A stretch of 63,899 nt of DNA, filler included, from Octopus bimaculoides (taxonomy: Eukaryota), in assembly GCF_001194135.2 (NCBI RefSeq). It is 7 parts of 7 records of this genome, joined end to end, with 100 filler letters (N's around TTAATTAATTAA, not from the genome) between each part and the next. Parts side by side here need not be neighbours in the genome. Positions count along the whole stretch, not along the records: positions 35,714 to 43,429 come from NC_068994.1; positions 43,530 to 51,150 come from NC_068990.1; 5 more parts are not named here. One strand, 5' to 3'. A program made the translations under genes and the position numbers. How positions within the stretch are numbered: the stretch's first letter is position 1; the number at the start of each line of letters is the position of its first letter. This document shows positions 36,704 to 50,703 of the stretch, piece after piece. The notes under the pieces are model-generated. The model saw only the letters and a list, made by a program, of their open reading frames with translations, was not told the DNA's origin and did not search any database.

Positions 36704-37620
36704 ATATATATAGATAGACACAACGGNNNNNNNNNNNNNNNNNNNNNNNNNNNNNNNNNNNNNNNNNNNNNNNNNNNNNNNNNNNNNNNNNNNNNNNNNN
36801 NNNNNNNNNNNNNNNNNNNNNNNNNNNNNNNNNNNNNNNNNNNNNNNNNNNNNNNNNNNNNNNNNNNNNNNNNNNNNNNNNNNNNNNNNNNNNNNNNNNN
36901 NNNNNNNNNNNNNNNNNNNNNNNNNNNNNNNNNNNNNNNNNNNNNNNNNNNNNNNNNNNNNNNNNNNNNNNNNNNNNNNNNNNNNNNNNNNNNNNNNNNN
37001 NNNNNNNNNNNNNNNNNNNNNNNNNNNNNNNNNNNNNNNNNNNNNNNNNNNNNNNNNNNNNNNNNNNNNNNNNNNNNNNNNNNNNNNNNNNNNNNNNNNN
37101 NNNNNNNNNNNNNNNNNNNNNNNNNNNNNNNNNNNNNNNNNNNNNNNNNNNNNNNNNNNNNNNNNNNNNNNNNNNNNNNNNNNNNNNNNNNNNNNNNNNN
37201 NNNNNNNNNNNNNNNNNNNNNNNNNNNNNNNNNNNNNNNNNNNNNNNNNNNNNNNNNNNNNNNNNNNNNNNNNNNNNNNNNNNNNNNNNNNNNNNNNNNN
37301 NNNNNNNNNNNNNNNNNNNNNNNNNNNNNNNNNNNNNNNNNNNNNNNNNNNNNNNNNNNNNNNNNNNNNNNNNNNNNNNNNNNNNNNNNNNNNNNNNNNN
37401 NNNNNNNNNNNNNNNNNNNNNNNNNNNNNNNNNNNNNNNNNNNNNNNNNNNNNNNNNNNNNNNNNNNNNNNNNNNNNNNNNNNNNNNNNNNNNNNNNNNN
37501 NNNNNNNNNNNNNNNNNNNNATGTACTGCGGTCGATGTATTCGACTTAGTCCATTTGTCTGTCCTTGTTTGTCCCCTCTGTGTTTAGCCCCTTGTGAGCA
37601 ATAAATAATTAAAAATTTGA

Positions 37621-37665
<45 letters not shown>

Positions 37666-37839
37666 GCAAGCCATATGCTACAATTTTGTTCCAGATTGAA
37701 AGGGTACTGCACATTAAAACAAGATTCCCAGAGAGAGAAATGTTCTTATGACACGGCGTACAAAGAGTGCACTTTGCCACAACAGAGAACTTAATGGCAA
37801 TGTAAAATCCAGCCTGGAAACAGCAGTGCTGGGTATTGA

Positions 37840-38128
37840 GACCCCAGGACTTAGTCTTTGTAAGCCTAGAACTTATCCTATCGGGCCCTTTTGCCGTACC
37901 GCTAAGTTTACGGGGACGTAAACACACCAAAATCGGTTGTCGAGCGATAGTGGGGACAAACAAACACACAAACACCCCCCACACATATATACGACGGGCT
38001 TCTTTCAGTTACTGTCTACCGAGGCTATATAGTAGAAGACACCTGCCCAAGGTGCCACACAGTGAAACTGAACCCGGAACCATGTGGTTGGTAAGCAAGC
38101 TCCTTACCACACAGCCACGCATGCGCCT
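37840..38128 (-). mobile_element. Family C SINE
   Basis: Head CTTACCACACAGCCAC, B box TGAACCCGGAACC; short internal microsatellite. Confidence 0.85.
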
Positions 38129-38982
38129 ACGATGTGAACTATTTCGGCAGATAAATTTATTGAGTCAATGGCGGATATCACTCGATGCTGAGCGGATGAA
38201 CACAAAAAAAAACAAAAAACTGTCAACGACTAGGATCGACCGGTTCTGTACTCATGGGTTGCACAACTGTACTCATGGCTACTATCTGCTACCATCTGTA
38301 CTCATGGCTTGAACAGATGAGATACTCAGTAAATCGAAAGACCAATATGAATTATTGGTCCGGACAAGTCGCTCGATCGGATGAGGGTGATGATAATGCC
38401 TACAAAAAAAAAAAAAGACAGGAGAATTGCGTCTTCAAAAGACTTCGGTCGATAAGCGAAAACAGAGCCTAGGGCTAAACGACAACAACAACAACAACAA
38501 CAACAGCAAAAACAGCAACAGCTAAAGCAACACAAATTCAAGTATTCCAACAATGGGAGCTAGTATTTCTTGCCTAATTGAGAAATCATTATCTATCGCA
38601 CACTTCTTCTATCCAAACACCATATCAGTTTTCTTGCGAATCGACGTTTTATTTCGTATTCCTTTTAATGTTTTCTTTGTTCTCTAGTTGTTGTTGTTTT
38701 TTTTTACTTCTTTTTTTTGTTATTGTTCTTTTTTTATTCCTTTCTTTATGTTGTTGTTGTTGTCGTTATCGTTGTTGTTGTTGTTGTTGTTGTTGCTACT
38801 GTAGATCTTCCCCCCCCCCCTGCGTATATTTTTGTGTGTTTTATTTACTTAATTTATGGCTTAAAGGAAAATATTTACGGGAAATATCACAACCATAGTA
38901 ACACTAGGAAAAAAACCGACAGACACACACACAAACACATATATGCGATGTATGTATGATTGTGAATGTGTGTATACATTTA

Positions 38983-39034
<52 letters not shown>

Positions 39035-41007
39035 TTTATACATATACATGCACATGTATACTCATATATAATGTACATATACATATGTATATTGTGACAT
39101 ATATATAAGTATACGAAAGCATATATATATACATATAGACATATACATACATACATACATTCACAGGTGGTGTGTTGTGTTCTTGAGGAAAACACTTCAT
39201 TTCAGGTTGCTCTGCGATCATTCCGCCATCTGACGTGAAATGGATCTTTTCTGGTTAGCTGCACCTGTGGAAATTTTGAAGTTTAGAGAAAGTTCTAAAA
39301 TTTGGTGCATTGGTGTAATTTTCCACGATGTATCTCAGTAGTTAATTCACTTTTTCCAGAATTAAAAGAAAAAAAAGTTACAGAGGTTTAAAGTTTGATC
39401 ATTTTGATCCTGTCAGAAAACATGATTTGGCTAAAATTGTCCCAAATTTGTAAACTTTAAAAGCTATTAACTCTTTATTTATTGATTTATTTATCGATTT
39501 GTTTATTGATTTATTGTGAAAATGAATTTCATGTCAATGATTACTTTCCAAACTACACCAATACACCAAATATGAAGTCAATTGGAACAAAAGCTCATGA
39601 AATTGAAAAGTGGAAACTCTCAAACATACGAGGGCCAGTGGGACATGAACGAGGATAACTGCGACATGTCGACCACGTCGGCAGCTGTGTCATCAATGCA
39701 TTGTTTCGGTAACCAAATAACTCTAAAACAACTTGGATACATCCTTAGAGCAGGGACTGGCATGTAATGGATAGCATATTCGCCAGAAAACAAGATTAAA
39801 AAAAAAAACGATGTTGTTTTAATTCGTTTCTACCATAATACAAGTTGGCTGTCTTCCATACCATTTTGTTGCGCAGCAAAATACCTTTCAGAATCTCGGG
39901 AAAACAACGATATCAAAATATCAAAACTCCGAAATGTATAAATGCCAAATCACTCAAGGTTGAGGATAAGAAACCTGAGCTTTTAGATAAACTGGATGCA
40001 ATTTTATCGAATGAATGCCAATGTAAAGGAAAAACATCGAAGAATTGCGGAGTTGCCTCAAAGTTGCATCGTATTCAGCTTTCTTTATAATATTCGGAAT
40101 GTCTCATCGTATGCATCGAGATTGAGTCGACGAGAACAATCTAGAAGCCAAATCTATCTTAGAATGTATGGTGCACTGAACAATTGTATAAACTGTATAG
40201 CAGAAAAAAAAATACCAAGTGAAAATGGTGACATGTGTTGAACTAAAGAGATGTCAGTTCAAAGCTGTTTTGGAAGTTAGAAGGAAACATGGCGGTACAT
40301 AAAGAAACTGGGGGTCAACTTGCAGCAGATAGGAAGGATAGTGAGGCATTCTGGGATGGTGGTTTGAGAATGGTCTATGAATGTAGATGGTATAAAACTG
40401 CTGACTGGTGGTGGTGGCGGTGATGGTGTGGGGGTGGGGTTAATGAGATTTTGCAGAACTAGAAGGAGCACTTTAAGACCGTTTTGTTTGCCAAAATAAA
40501 TAATTAACGAAGAATTCTTTCATCAGTTCCATAAACATGGTGGTGCTCCAGCATGACCGCAGTCACTTGGCTGAAACGCACAAATAAATAAATAAACAAA
40601 TCAAAATAGTACAACTTATGGCGAGTTAACAGAGCGTATATATTCCCAAACGCCTGTCCGTTACAGGATTACTCATTTTTTGTCAGCTGAGTAGATTGGA
40701 GCAACGTGAAATGAAGTGTTATGCTTAAGAACTCAATGCTTCGCTCGGTCTAGGAACCAAAACTACAATCTTAAGGTCGTGAGTGCAATACCGCAAACAC
40801 TCGTCTTTACACAGCATTGGCCGGCCCAGGGTTATAGCAGAAGACATTTGGCCAAACCAAGGTGTCGGACATTGGGACTGAACTGGAAGCCGCTTGATTG
40901 CAAAGCAAGCTTCTTAAGTACACAACACACTCAAGTCTTCGCCTAAAACGTCTACAAGAGGAAATATTTGCAAATATTTGAAAATCTAGTCCTGTCTATA
41001 TAGGGTG

Positions 41008-41157
41008 AACCCTTTAGCGTTTAAATCGGTCAGATCCAGCCTCTCACACCTACCCTACAGTGTCATTCTAAAACCAAAGAATCACATCATCGAAATCTTG
41101 AAGCTACGAAATAAAGCATGATTCGTACAAAACATTGTGAAGAAATAAGCATTACAA
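41008..41157 (+). mobile_element. piggyBac-like MITE fragment
   Basis: AACCCTTTAGCG start; body aligns with 49748-49975. Confidence 0.5.
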
Positions 41158-41889
41158 AGGACCCCTTTCTGTCATGAATGACCGTGGGTTTGCACCTAGA
41201 GAGTCCCCCCCCCCCCCGAGGCAAAAGTCCTGGCAAATTTGTTTATGGAAGACCATGAGTCGCCCATACCAGCCTCCACCTCATCACGCCACTGATGTTG
41301 TCCAAGGGAAAAGCAAAGGGGCCGATACAGCTTGGCACCAGTGACGGCGCAACTCATTTCTACAGCTGAGTGAATTGGAGCGACGTGAAATAAAGCGTCG
41401 ATTCAAAGCAATGCAAATAAATAAATAAGCACCACAATTCAGAAACTAATCTGAAGGCTTAAAGGGTGGAAGGAGAATAAAGAAAAGAATATTGTTGCTG
41501 TGCCAAGAATATCCTTGATCACAGTTCTGCTGGACCAAGGTTGACCTAGGGCATAACGATAAAAACAACAACAACAACGACAACTGTAGCAGTATCGGCA
41601 GCATCGGTAGCCTCAGGCGCAATAGCAACAAAGCTAAAATAACGCTGAATTCGGTCATAAATATCAGAAGTGACACAATGCACTAAGATAACTGTTGTAT
41701 ATTATTCCTCGCTTTAAACATAACTGTCAAACGCAAAAAGCGATAATAAAATACGCCGTGCAGTAGAAAACATTTAAAGGCAAAATTGATAATTGATAAA
41801 ATGATATATACGTTAATAATGGAAATATATTTGCGTATATATACATATATATACATATATATATATTTATATATGTACATGTATATATA

Positions 41890-41928
<39 letters not shown>

Positions 41929-41999
41929 TTCAATGTATATACATACGCAAACATATATGTATGCATGTATGTATGTATATATGTATGTGCGCGTGTCTG

Positions 42000-42047
<48 letters not shown>

Positions 42048-42121
42048 TATATATATATAAATATATATATATGTACACACACATGTTTGTATACATGTAC
42101 GTATGTGCATGTCTCTGTGTG

Positions 42122-42160
<39 letters not shown>

Positions 42161-42296
42161 GGGAGAATATACAAAAAATAACAACAGACGAGGACAGGTG
42201 GTGTAAATAACAAAAGTATATATTAGTATATATGTATGTATGTATATGTATGTATATATATATATATATGTATGTATGTATGTATATATATATATG

Positions 42297-42328
<32 letters not shown>

Positions 42329-42514
42329 TGTATGTATGTATCTGTTTGTGTAGGCTTCATTGCAAGAACGCAAAACACTCAATATACACCTGTGATGGAG
42401 GCGCGTAGAGTCTGTTATGACTGAAACTGCCGTTTAATGTTGATATACCACTTATATCATGTATCAAAATATATCACAAAACAAATTCCCATCATGAAAA
42501 GAATGTATGTCTGT

Positions 42515-42585
<71 letters not shown>

Positions 42586-43044
42586 ATGCTACACCAGCTC
42601 TACCGCGCAATCGTAAACAAGCGGCATAAAAGAAGAGGAAAGACTACTTCTTCTTGCCTTTTATGTCGGTGCATAACTGATGTGATAGTTATGACTACAA
42701 AATATACTTTATTGCATACATTGTGTCTTTTCAAGTCGTAGATAATTTGAAGAACAATAAACCAACCAAACAAACAAACAAACAAGCAAGCAAGCAAAAA
42801 CGTCATTGCTGACTCTGCTGGTGAAGGAAATTTTATCCGGATTCTTTTACTAAATTTCTTTAATCCGAGTTCGTAGATTTGACAAACATATTCTCAAGGC
42901 ATCTTGCACATAGTTGGATATGGTGCCAATGGTTATCCTCTACCTAGACATAAAACAATAGCATGTATGCATACACACAGATGTGTGCACATATACGCAC
43001 ACATACACAGTTTTACACAAGTTATGACAGATTGTGGTATATAT

Positions 43045-43184
43045 GTAGGCGTGGCTGTGTAATAAGAAGCTTGCTTCCCAATCACATGGTTCCGGGTTCA
43101 GTCCTGCTGCGTGGCGCCCTGGGCAAGTGTCTTCACAAAACTTTGTGAGTGGATTTGGTGGACGGAAACTGAAAGAAGCCCGTC

Positions 43185-43222
<38 letters not shown>
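43045..43222 (+). mobile_element. Family C SINE 5' half ending in (TA)n
   Basis: GTAGGCGTGGCTGTG...GGTTCCGGGTTCAGTCC...GGAAACTGAAAGAAGCCCGTCG(TA)n. Confidence 0.85.
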
Positions 43223-43224
<2 letters not shown>

Positions 43225-43529
43225 GTAAACACATACACGTTCAGTTTGGGGTTGTTGTTTTTTCTTGAAGAAGGAAAAAAAGATTAAGTGAAGTTGATAA
43301 CGTTAGAGAAACGAAAAGGAAGTTTTCAGTTTCGATTCTAGGTAACAACCCCGACCAACCAACGAACCAGCCATTAAGAAACTCGAACCCAACGAAGCCT
43401 GACCCTTTCAAATGTACCTTATACCCTACNNNNNNNNNNNNNNNNNNNNNNNNNNNNNNNNNNNNNNNNNNNNTTAATTAATTAANNNNNNNNNNNNNNN
43501 NNNNNNNNNNNNNNNNNNNNNNNNNNNNN

Positions 43530-43706
43530 AGCGGAAGCTATCGACTACCTCTAGTTTTTCACCCTGGAATGAGATAGAAGTTGTTTCCTGTTTGTTTGCA
43601 GTCTTTATTGCACCTGAACATCTGCCACAAACAAAAACTAACTTGCTAGTTAACCTGCCTTTGATGTTGCTGCACCTCTTATGTGTCCATAGCTTGCACC
43701 GGGTAC
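43530..43706 (-). mobile_element. RTE LINE fragment (Cys-rich post-RT region)
   Basis: Minus strand reads CKLWTHKRCSNIKGRLT..LVFVCGRCSGAIKT...FQGEKLEVVDSFR. Confidence 0.75.
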
Positions 43707-44255
43707 ATCTTATAGAGTTACTACCTACTCCTTTTCTACATACTATATATATGCATACATCTATAACTATATCTACATATATACACGAAACAAGTTGTTA
43801 GAGTTTTAGTTAGGGTGCCTCACAGTATTTCATCCAATTTTCTGAGTTCAAATCCTACCACATCAACTTTACCATTCAGATTTTCAGCGGTTGGTAAAAG
43901 AAAGTATCGATCCGTGATGATTAACAAAATTGTTAGAAAGCTGTATTGAATACCTTGCTGTAATTATTCCAGCAATTTGTGTTCTTACAAAAATAGCTTC
44001 AACAATATTGGGTCTTGTTTGGCCTTACAGACCCCTTTTTCAAGGACGTGTCAGTGACATGGAATGGGGACACTTGTGTACAGGAGCAATTGCTAACCTT
44101 CCATAAAAGAACCAAGCTTGTGCATACAGGTTTGACAGATGAAGCTACATGGTCAACTGTGACTGACAGATACAATATTCTTTTACCTGTTTACTTGTTT
44201 CATCTAGCTGACTACGGCCATGCTGGAGCACCAGTTGAACAAATTGAACCCTAGA

Positions 44256-44348
<93 letters not shown>

Positions 44349-44483
44349 ACATATAATTTTTAAGCCAAGTACTTATTCTGTTGGTCTCTCCCGAGACATA
44401 ACCACACAAAAACTGGCTGTTGAGTGGTATGAGGTAATAGACAGAGATACAAAGACATACACACAGATATATACATACATATA

Positions 44484-45245
44484 CAGAGTGTGGTGAATAA
44501 ACTGTTGTCTAAATTACACAAAGATGAAAATAACACTGACACCTCATTTTAAAAGATATATTTACCAAAATTACATAAAAATATCTTGAAATACTAAACA
44601 GTAAATTTATTCAATAAAATTGCTATTGGCTTCAACCATAGCTTGCAGACGACTTCAGAATCTCCTGCAGCTCTTCTGGATGATCTCTTTATTTAAGTTG
44701 GTGAATGCTGCCTTAATCCTTGTCTTCAGTTCATCTTTGATGTTACATATTGTTTTGTTGGTCTCTCGCACAAGGGAGTTGCAGTGTGGGGCGTTAGGTG
44801 ACCAGATGTTAGGGTTGATGTGGTCGCAGAAATTGTCTGACAACCATGACTGGATTCTCCTGCTTGTGTGGCATGGTGCAGAGTCCTGTTGCCAGAGATA
44901 TGGTGTTCCAGCTGCCACCCTCTTGACCTAGGGCAGCAGTACTTCTATCAGGCACTTAATGTAGGCCTCTGTGTGGGAAGATGAATGGAGGCATAACATC
45001 ACCATCACTAGTAATCACTCCAAACACCATGATGTTGACCAGTTGTTTGATTTTTATCACTCTTGGTACATGTCCTCAAATTGCACTATCCTTAGATTGA
45101 CACCCAAACACTCTGAAATGTTCATATTGGAGCTTGCAGTGCATATGCCAAGCAGTACAGCATGTCATTTCCAAATTTCTATCAGAGTGAATTGCATTGT
45201 AATGCTGTTTTTCTCACAGATGGTGTCCAACTGACCCTACTATAC
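44484..45245 (-). mobile_element. Tc1/mariner element (maT/DD37D-like), internally deleted
   Basis: N-terminus MQFTL.EIWK*HAVLLGI...NISECLGVNLR joined to NIMVFGVITSDGDVMPPFIFPH...YLWQQDSAPCHTSRRIQSWLSDNF...IWSPNAPHCN...KSCRRF; TA|CAGAGTGTGGTGAATAAA terminus at 44484. Confidence 0.8.
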
Positions 45246-45339
45246 TACACCCGGATGCCCTTCCTAACACCAACCACTCCAAGAATGTAATGGGTGCTTT
45301 TATGTGCCACAGTTACATGACACCAGCATTAGCCATGGC

Positions 45340-45500
45340 TATGATTCCACTTGGCTTGTTTTCTCAAGTACAGCATATTGCAAAAGGTCTTGGTCACTTC
45401 TCATCACCTCAGAGAGGCCCAATGTTTGAAGATCATGCTTCACCACCTCATCCATGTTTTCCTGGGTCTACCTCTTTCACAGGTTCCCTCAACAGTTAGA
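45340..45500 (-). mobile_element. RTE LINE 3' end fragment
   Basis: LTVEGTCERGRPRKTWDEVVKHDLQTLGL...AVLEKT. Confidence 0.75.
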
Positions 45501-45997
45501 GATTGGCAACCCCAGGAGGTCACCTTTTCCAGCTGGTTATTCGATGCAATCTGCACCCGATATATATTGCAAGTAAGGGAGTGAACCCTTACTATCTTTC
45601 AGCTAGGAGACCACCATATCATATGGTTTTGAGTTCTTCATGCTCATCCTTGGTGGTGGATACTCATCTGCTAGAGATGATATATCATCATCATCGTTTA
45701 ATGTCCACCTTCCATACTGGCATCGGCGAGACAGTTTGACAGGTGCCAACCAGGCAGAAGCCTGCATCAGGCTTCTATGACTGTTTTGGTAAAACTTTTA
45801 CAGGTGACTGTCCTTTCTAATACTAACCTCCCTGCAGAGTGCACTTAGTGCTTAACCTTATAGTGTGCTTTTTCCAGAGCTCCTCTATAGTTATTGGCTA
45901 CCATATGCTATTATACAGCAGAAATTCTCATTTTACTGGATATACATGCAGAAATCTATTAATATCTGTAGAAGTCATGCAAAAAATTTAATACAAT

Positions 45998-46227
45998 AAG
46001 ATGGATTGATCAGGGTTTCATCCAGATCACTAAGACTGTTTCTGTGCAGTATCAGCTGGTAATTGCTGAGTATTTTACATACTATACATATTATTTGATT
46101 AATATAATCCCATAAGAGCTGTGTACTTCTACATCGTCAGGTGTGGAACACTCAGTAATTACCAGCTGACACTAATCCACAGAAACAATTGTAGGGATTT
46201 GGATTAAAGCTTGTTCATTTCCATCTT
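45998..46227. repeat. Old fold-back/MITE-like inverted repeat (~75-bp imperfect arms)
   Basis: TCAGCTGGTAATTGCTGAGT versus ACTCAGTAATTACCAGCTGA; imperfect similarity extends outward to AAGATGG/CCATCTT. Confidence 0.7.
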
Positions 46228-46263
46228 TCTATACAAAGTTTTTTTACATAAGTATATAAATGT

Positions 46264-46382
<119 letters not shown>

Positions 46383-46551
46383 TTACGATGGGTAAATTGT
46401 TATTTCCTCATCTGGTAGAATCTGATGCCCTCAAACACAAAATGTCTCTGAATGAACTTGGGCCATCCTAATGTGGTCTGACCATTGAGAATGTTTCCAT
46501 CTCTTGGACCTAGAGGACAAGGCCTGTGAGCCAGAGACCTTCAGCTTTTTT

Positions 46552-46638
46552 CTAATACTGATCAAAAGGGCCAGCCCTGACTTTTATTTCTCTCATGCTG
46601 ATTATCCCTGAAGAACTACACTCTGAATGCATGTGTCT
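46552..46638 (-). CDS. Candidate terminal coding exon of an unidentified gene
   Basis: Acceptor ATATTTTACAG| then (a)HMHSECSSSGIISMREIKVRAGPFDQY*; phase-compatible with 49493-49637. No homology recognised. Confidence 0.2.
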   Translation of the reverse strand, partial: RHMHSECSSSGIISMREIKVRAGPFDQY

Positions 46639-47229
46639 GTAAAATATGCACACATTTATGCAGTCATTTATTGAGGAATAAATTGATAAAAAAAATTCAA
46701 CAATGAAATGAGTCAGCATTGAAATTGACAGAGATCCACACATACGTGTGCATTTGTGTGTGTCTGTGTGTGCCACATCACACCCAGTCTCTTACCATTT
46801 CCTTTGAACACTGAGCCTCATTGAGAAAATTACTTTATTCGGTAAGACACACCAAGCTAAGTAAAAGCACTGTTTTCCACACATACAGGTTTGTCCTTAC
46901 GGGTGCTGGTGCTACTTAAAAAGCACCCATGCCTGTGCTGTGTTAACACACCCATGCTTGTGCTGCATAAATGCAGCCATAGATGTCTTCATAAATGTAT
47001 TTGAGATTAGAGTTACAAATGCACAGCTATTAACATTCTTTCTATGTTTTACTGATTTTCCATGATCATTTAGAGCAAATAAATGCACATGTTTGCTGTT
47101 ACATAATTACAGCACCTGCACACAGCATTATCTTATCAAGTACAGCAAATTTCCACATCTCCCAGTCCCTTGTCATTTCTTCAGTGAGGTTCAACATTTA
47201 AAGGCTATGACAAGGGACCAGGAGATGTG

Positions 47230-47272
<43 letters not shown>

Positions 47273-47321
47273 TACACACACACACACACACAATTACCCA
47301 CATATGTGCGGATATTATGTA

Positions 47322-47505
47322 GACATGTAAAAAGCACCCACCACACTCTGGTAAGTGGTTGGCATTAGGAAGAGCATCCAGCCGTAGAAACCATGCCACA
47401 AACAGATAGTTGAAGTCTGGACAGCTTCCTGTAAGCCAGCTTCATGTCCAACTATCCAACCCATGCCAGCATGGAAAGCAGACGTTAAATGATGATGATG
47501 ATGAT
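47322..47505 (+). mobile_element. Retroposon 3' end with (GAT)n tail, CpG-decayed
   Basis: AAAAGCACCC...GGCATTAGGAAGAGCATCC...CCATGCCAGCATGGAAAGCAGACGTTAAATGATGAT; related minus copies at ~45250-45310 and ~45685-45830. Confidence 0.7.
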
Positions 47506-49492
47506 TTAGTTTTAGCATTGAATACTAAAATACAAAGATACTTGTTTGACTGTAAACATTTTAACAGACCTTTCAGTGCTTATGTTAACAAAAGAACTCT
47601 TGACTAAAATTAAAGTCCAACATATGCAAACAAGGGACCTCTAAGTGGTTGCTATTTGAAAAACGATCCTTTGTAAAAGTAATTGTCTTCAATTTATGTT
47701 TGCTTAAGTTCTCTCAAGAATGTATTCCACACCAGAGCTTTTGTATGATCTAACACATCTAGCACTTTGTTTGAATTTCTTATTTATTCTCAAGTCATCC
47801 CTGATTCTGTAGACTTATGGCCAAAGTTGTTCCCATACACATGATATATTGTTTGCATAATGTCAGGCTATTAATCAGGGCTCTTCTCTTTTTAATCTGT
47901 AATCAGAGCCTATAAGGTGTTAGGTTGTCAACAGGTATATCGATTGGGGCACAGAGAAAGCACAGGCTCAAGAATAACCAGCTCATGTCACTAAAAAAAA
48001 CCCTGCAGTTCTTTATACCACTTTGTTTTACAAAGGTTCCAAAAGCATATGAGAAATAATAATAAAGCTATATGCAAGTGCTGTAATTATGTAACAGCAA
48101 ACATGTGTGTTTATCTACTCTAAATGATCATGGGAAATCAGTAAAACAAAAAGAATACTAATAGCTGTGCATTTGTAAGTCTAATCTCAAACACATTTAT
48201 GAAGGCTTATACATAAAATACAGAAGTGCAAAAATTTGAAATTGCATATCGGGTATATGCAGCATGTTATTTTTGTATCCAATTGGTAAATTACCAAATT
48301 GATCAAATAATAAGATTAAGTGAACTCAAAACAAAATACATGAGTCTAAAAATACTTGTTATTAATTGAGGAATCAATTGGTGCAAACATCAGAAAACTA
48401 ATGTGTTTAGTGTGAGATATTTTCCCATAAGCATCAAAGACTGCAATTATCTTTTTTGGGGAATAATTCGTTTAGTGTCAACAAATGGCAGAAATCTTTA
48501 TGTAACTAGTGCAACAAAAGCTAGAAATAATAGAAAAATGCAAGAAGCAGAAGCTAATAAAAAAATCAAGTGATTTTTATAATCTCATTTCTTGAACAAT
48601 ATATTCTTTCATAAGTATTAGCCATGCTAGAAGTGAATGTAGACCAATCCCACAGAGTATAAGGAGGATAAAGTGTCCTTGAAGAACCAGATATGTCTTT
48701 CAAAAAGCCAGAAAATACTAAATCTTTGAATATCAGAAAACACGAAAACACTGCTCAGCCTATATTAGGTGTGATTCAGCATTATGGTCTACATTCCTTA
48801 AAGTTTGAAATAATCAAAAATATAAAATTTTCTCAGATACTCTGCAGACAGAAATGTTTACCTTGGCGGCAAAGGCAGCATGTACAGTGTGCTGTACACC
48901 CCTCCCTTGTTCTACAATCTTATTCCCTTGTATGATCCTCATATTTTTCCTGTTGACTTCCTTTGTTTTCTTTGGTATCTACATATCAATGCTACCTACA
49001 CTTACCAACTACCACCAAGCAGTCAATGCTATTGAGTACATTGTCACAGACCTTCCTGTTGTCTTGGTCATTTCCTCCCTTATAATCTACTTTACCTCTC
49101 TTTTTACTTGTTCCCATCAAGTAATGTCTTCATAGTACTAATTCCTTGCTCATTATCTTGCCCCATCTCCCTCTAGGTTTTTCCTTATTACCCATCACTC
49201 TGCTCCCTTTAAACCTGTATATTTGTAAATGCTATGGAACATGCTTTTAGCTATATTATTCTGTAGATGGTGACTTGGCTTTGCTAACATACCCATAGGA
49301 ACTTGTGTTATTCCATACAGTTAGGACATTATGAGTTTTTATTATGCAATAAACACAGTTACAGCATAAGCAGAGGTTCACCCGAAACAGCTGTCAAGAT
49401 ATGACTACTAAATAACTCTTTTCATTCATTTTGTAATGTTTATTCTATACTCTATATTTAGTATTCCATGTAACTATACTCGTTATACTTAC

Positions 49493-49637
49493 TTGTGTTT
49501 ATCTGTCATTTTACTTTGGGAGCTGCTTGACAAGCATTGTTCTTCTGGCTGACTTTCTGAAGAGCTGAGGCACCTGCCTTGGATGAAGGAGTTGGAATTT
49601 AAATACTTCTTTTCTTTGAGCTCTACTCCATGAATAT
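49493..49637 (-). CDS. Candidate internal coding exon of an unidentified gene
   Basis: One open frame IHGVELKEKKYLNSNSFIQGRCLSSSESQPEEQCLSSSSQSKMTDKH ending at a strong donor AA|GTAAGT; acceptor weak. Confidence 0.25.
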
Positions 49638-49674
49638 CTATACTATACTTGCTTTAACATTTTCCAACCCATCA

Positions 49675-49723
<49 letters not shown>

Positions 49724-49747
49724 TCAAAGGTAATCATTTCTATGTAT

Positions 49748-49975
49748 AAAACTCTTTAGTATTCAAACTGGCTATATCAGGCCCAAATACTGTACCCATT
49801 TTATGTTCAAATTGGGCAAATTAGGCCTCTCACTCCTACCCAACAATGTCATTCTAAAAATAAACAATCACATCATTGAAATCTCAAACCTACAACATAA
49901 TGTATGATAAATTCAAAACAATGTGAACAATTAAGCATTGCATGTAATAGAGTATTCTGAATGTTAAAAGGTTAA
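49748..49975 (+). mobile_element. piggyBac-like MITE
   Basis: AACTCTTTAGTATTCA ... TGAATGTTAAAAGGTTAA: decayed TTAA-CCCTTTAGCATTC-type TIRs; second copy at 41008. Confidence 0.55.
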
Positions 49976-50325
49976 ACACTTTCTGAAATAAACATACATT
50001 TCATTGTAGTAGCTCTGTGGAAGCTATAGCATATTGCATGAGCACTCATGTCTGATTGCACTACTTCTTTCAGCAGAAACAGCTGTAAACTAATAATGTT
50101 GATTATGTAATTCCTGCTCCATTGCCATTCTTTAATTAATGTTGCACTCTGTGCTCATCAAACATTTTATTTTTAACCATTTATAGATTGATTTCAAAAT
50201 AACTCATTATCAGCCTAAGTGAAATCTAAATACAAAGTATAATATTCAGATTGACTCTGAATGATCCAAGTTCCAAAAAGAAAATGTTAACCACGCAGGC
50301 ATTCTTGCACCTAATACAGATAATA

Positions 50326-50578
50326 AATAAATAAAGGCGTCCTTTTAAAGCCTAGCCAGGCTCATGGGCCCGGTTTCCTGTTTTCAATGGCGTATGTGTT
50401 CCCCAGCTGGACGGGACACATCGCAGCGTTACTCATTTTTGCCAGCTGAGTGGACTGGAGCAACGTGAAATGAAGTGTTTTGCCCAAGAACACAATGCAT
50501 CACCCAGTCCATGAATCGAAACCACAATCCTATGATCATGATGCTGACACCCTAACCACTAAGCCATGTGCCTCCACA
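50326..50578 (-). mobile_element. Family A-related tRNA SINE with CpG decay
   Basis: Head GTGGAGGCACATGGCTTAGTGG...GTTTCGATTC and the TGCTCCAGTCCACTCAGCTGGCAAAAATGAGT domain. Confidence 0.8.
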
Positions 50579-50636
50579 CCTAATACAGATAGATAGAATA
50601 TATTTCAAAGAGAATAATTATGTGTTGGCCTCTGTA

Positions 50637-50703
<67 letters not shown>

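Noticed and set aside
37680-37840. AKCTLC...KNISLSGN resembling a BED zinc finger
   Set aside because: Too short and lacks the His ligands; chance similarity is likely.
39250-40270. Complex non-microsatellite sequence with short ORFs, possibly a DNA transposon remnant
   Set aside because: No motif, TIR or TSD could be identified by eye.
49005-49214. Minus-strand exon-like frame between CAG| and |GTAAGT
   Set aside because: In-frame TGA mid-segment; no SECIS or homology evidence for readthrough.
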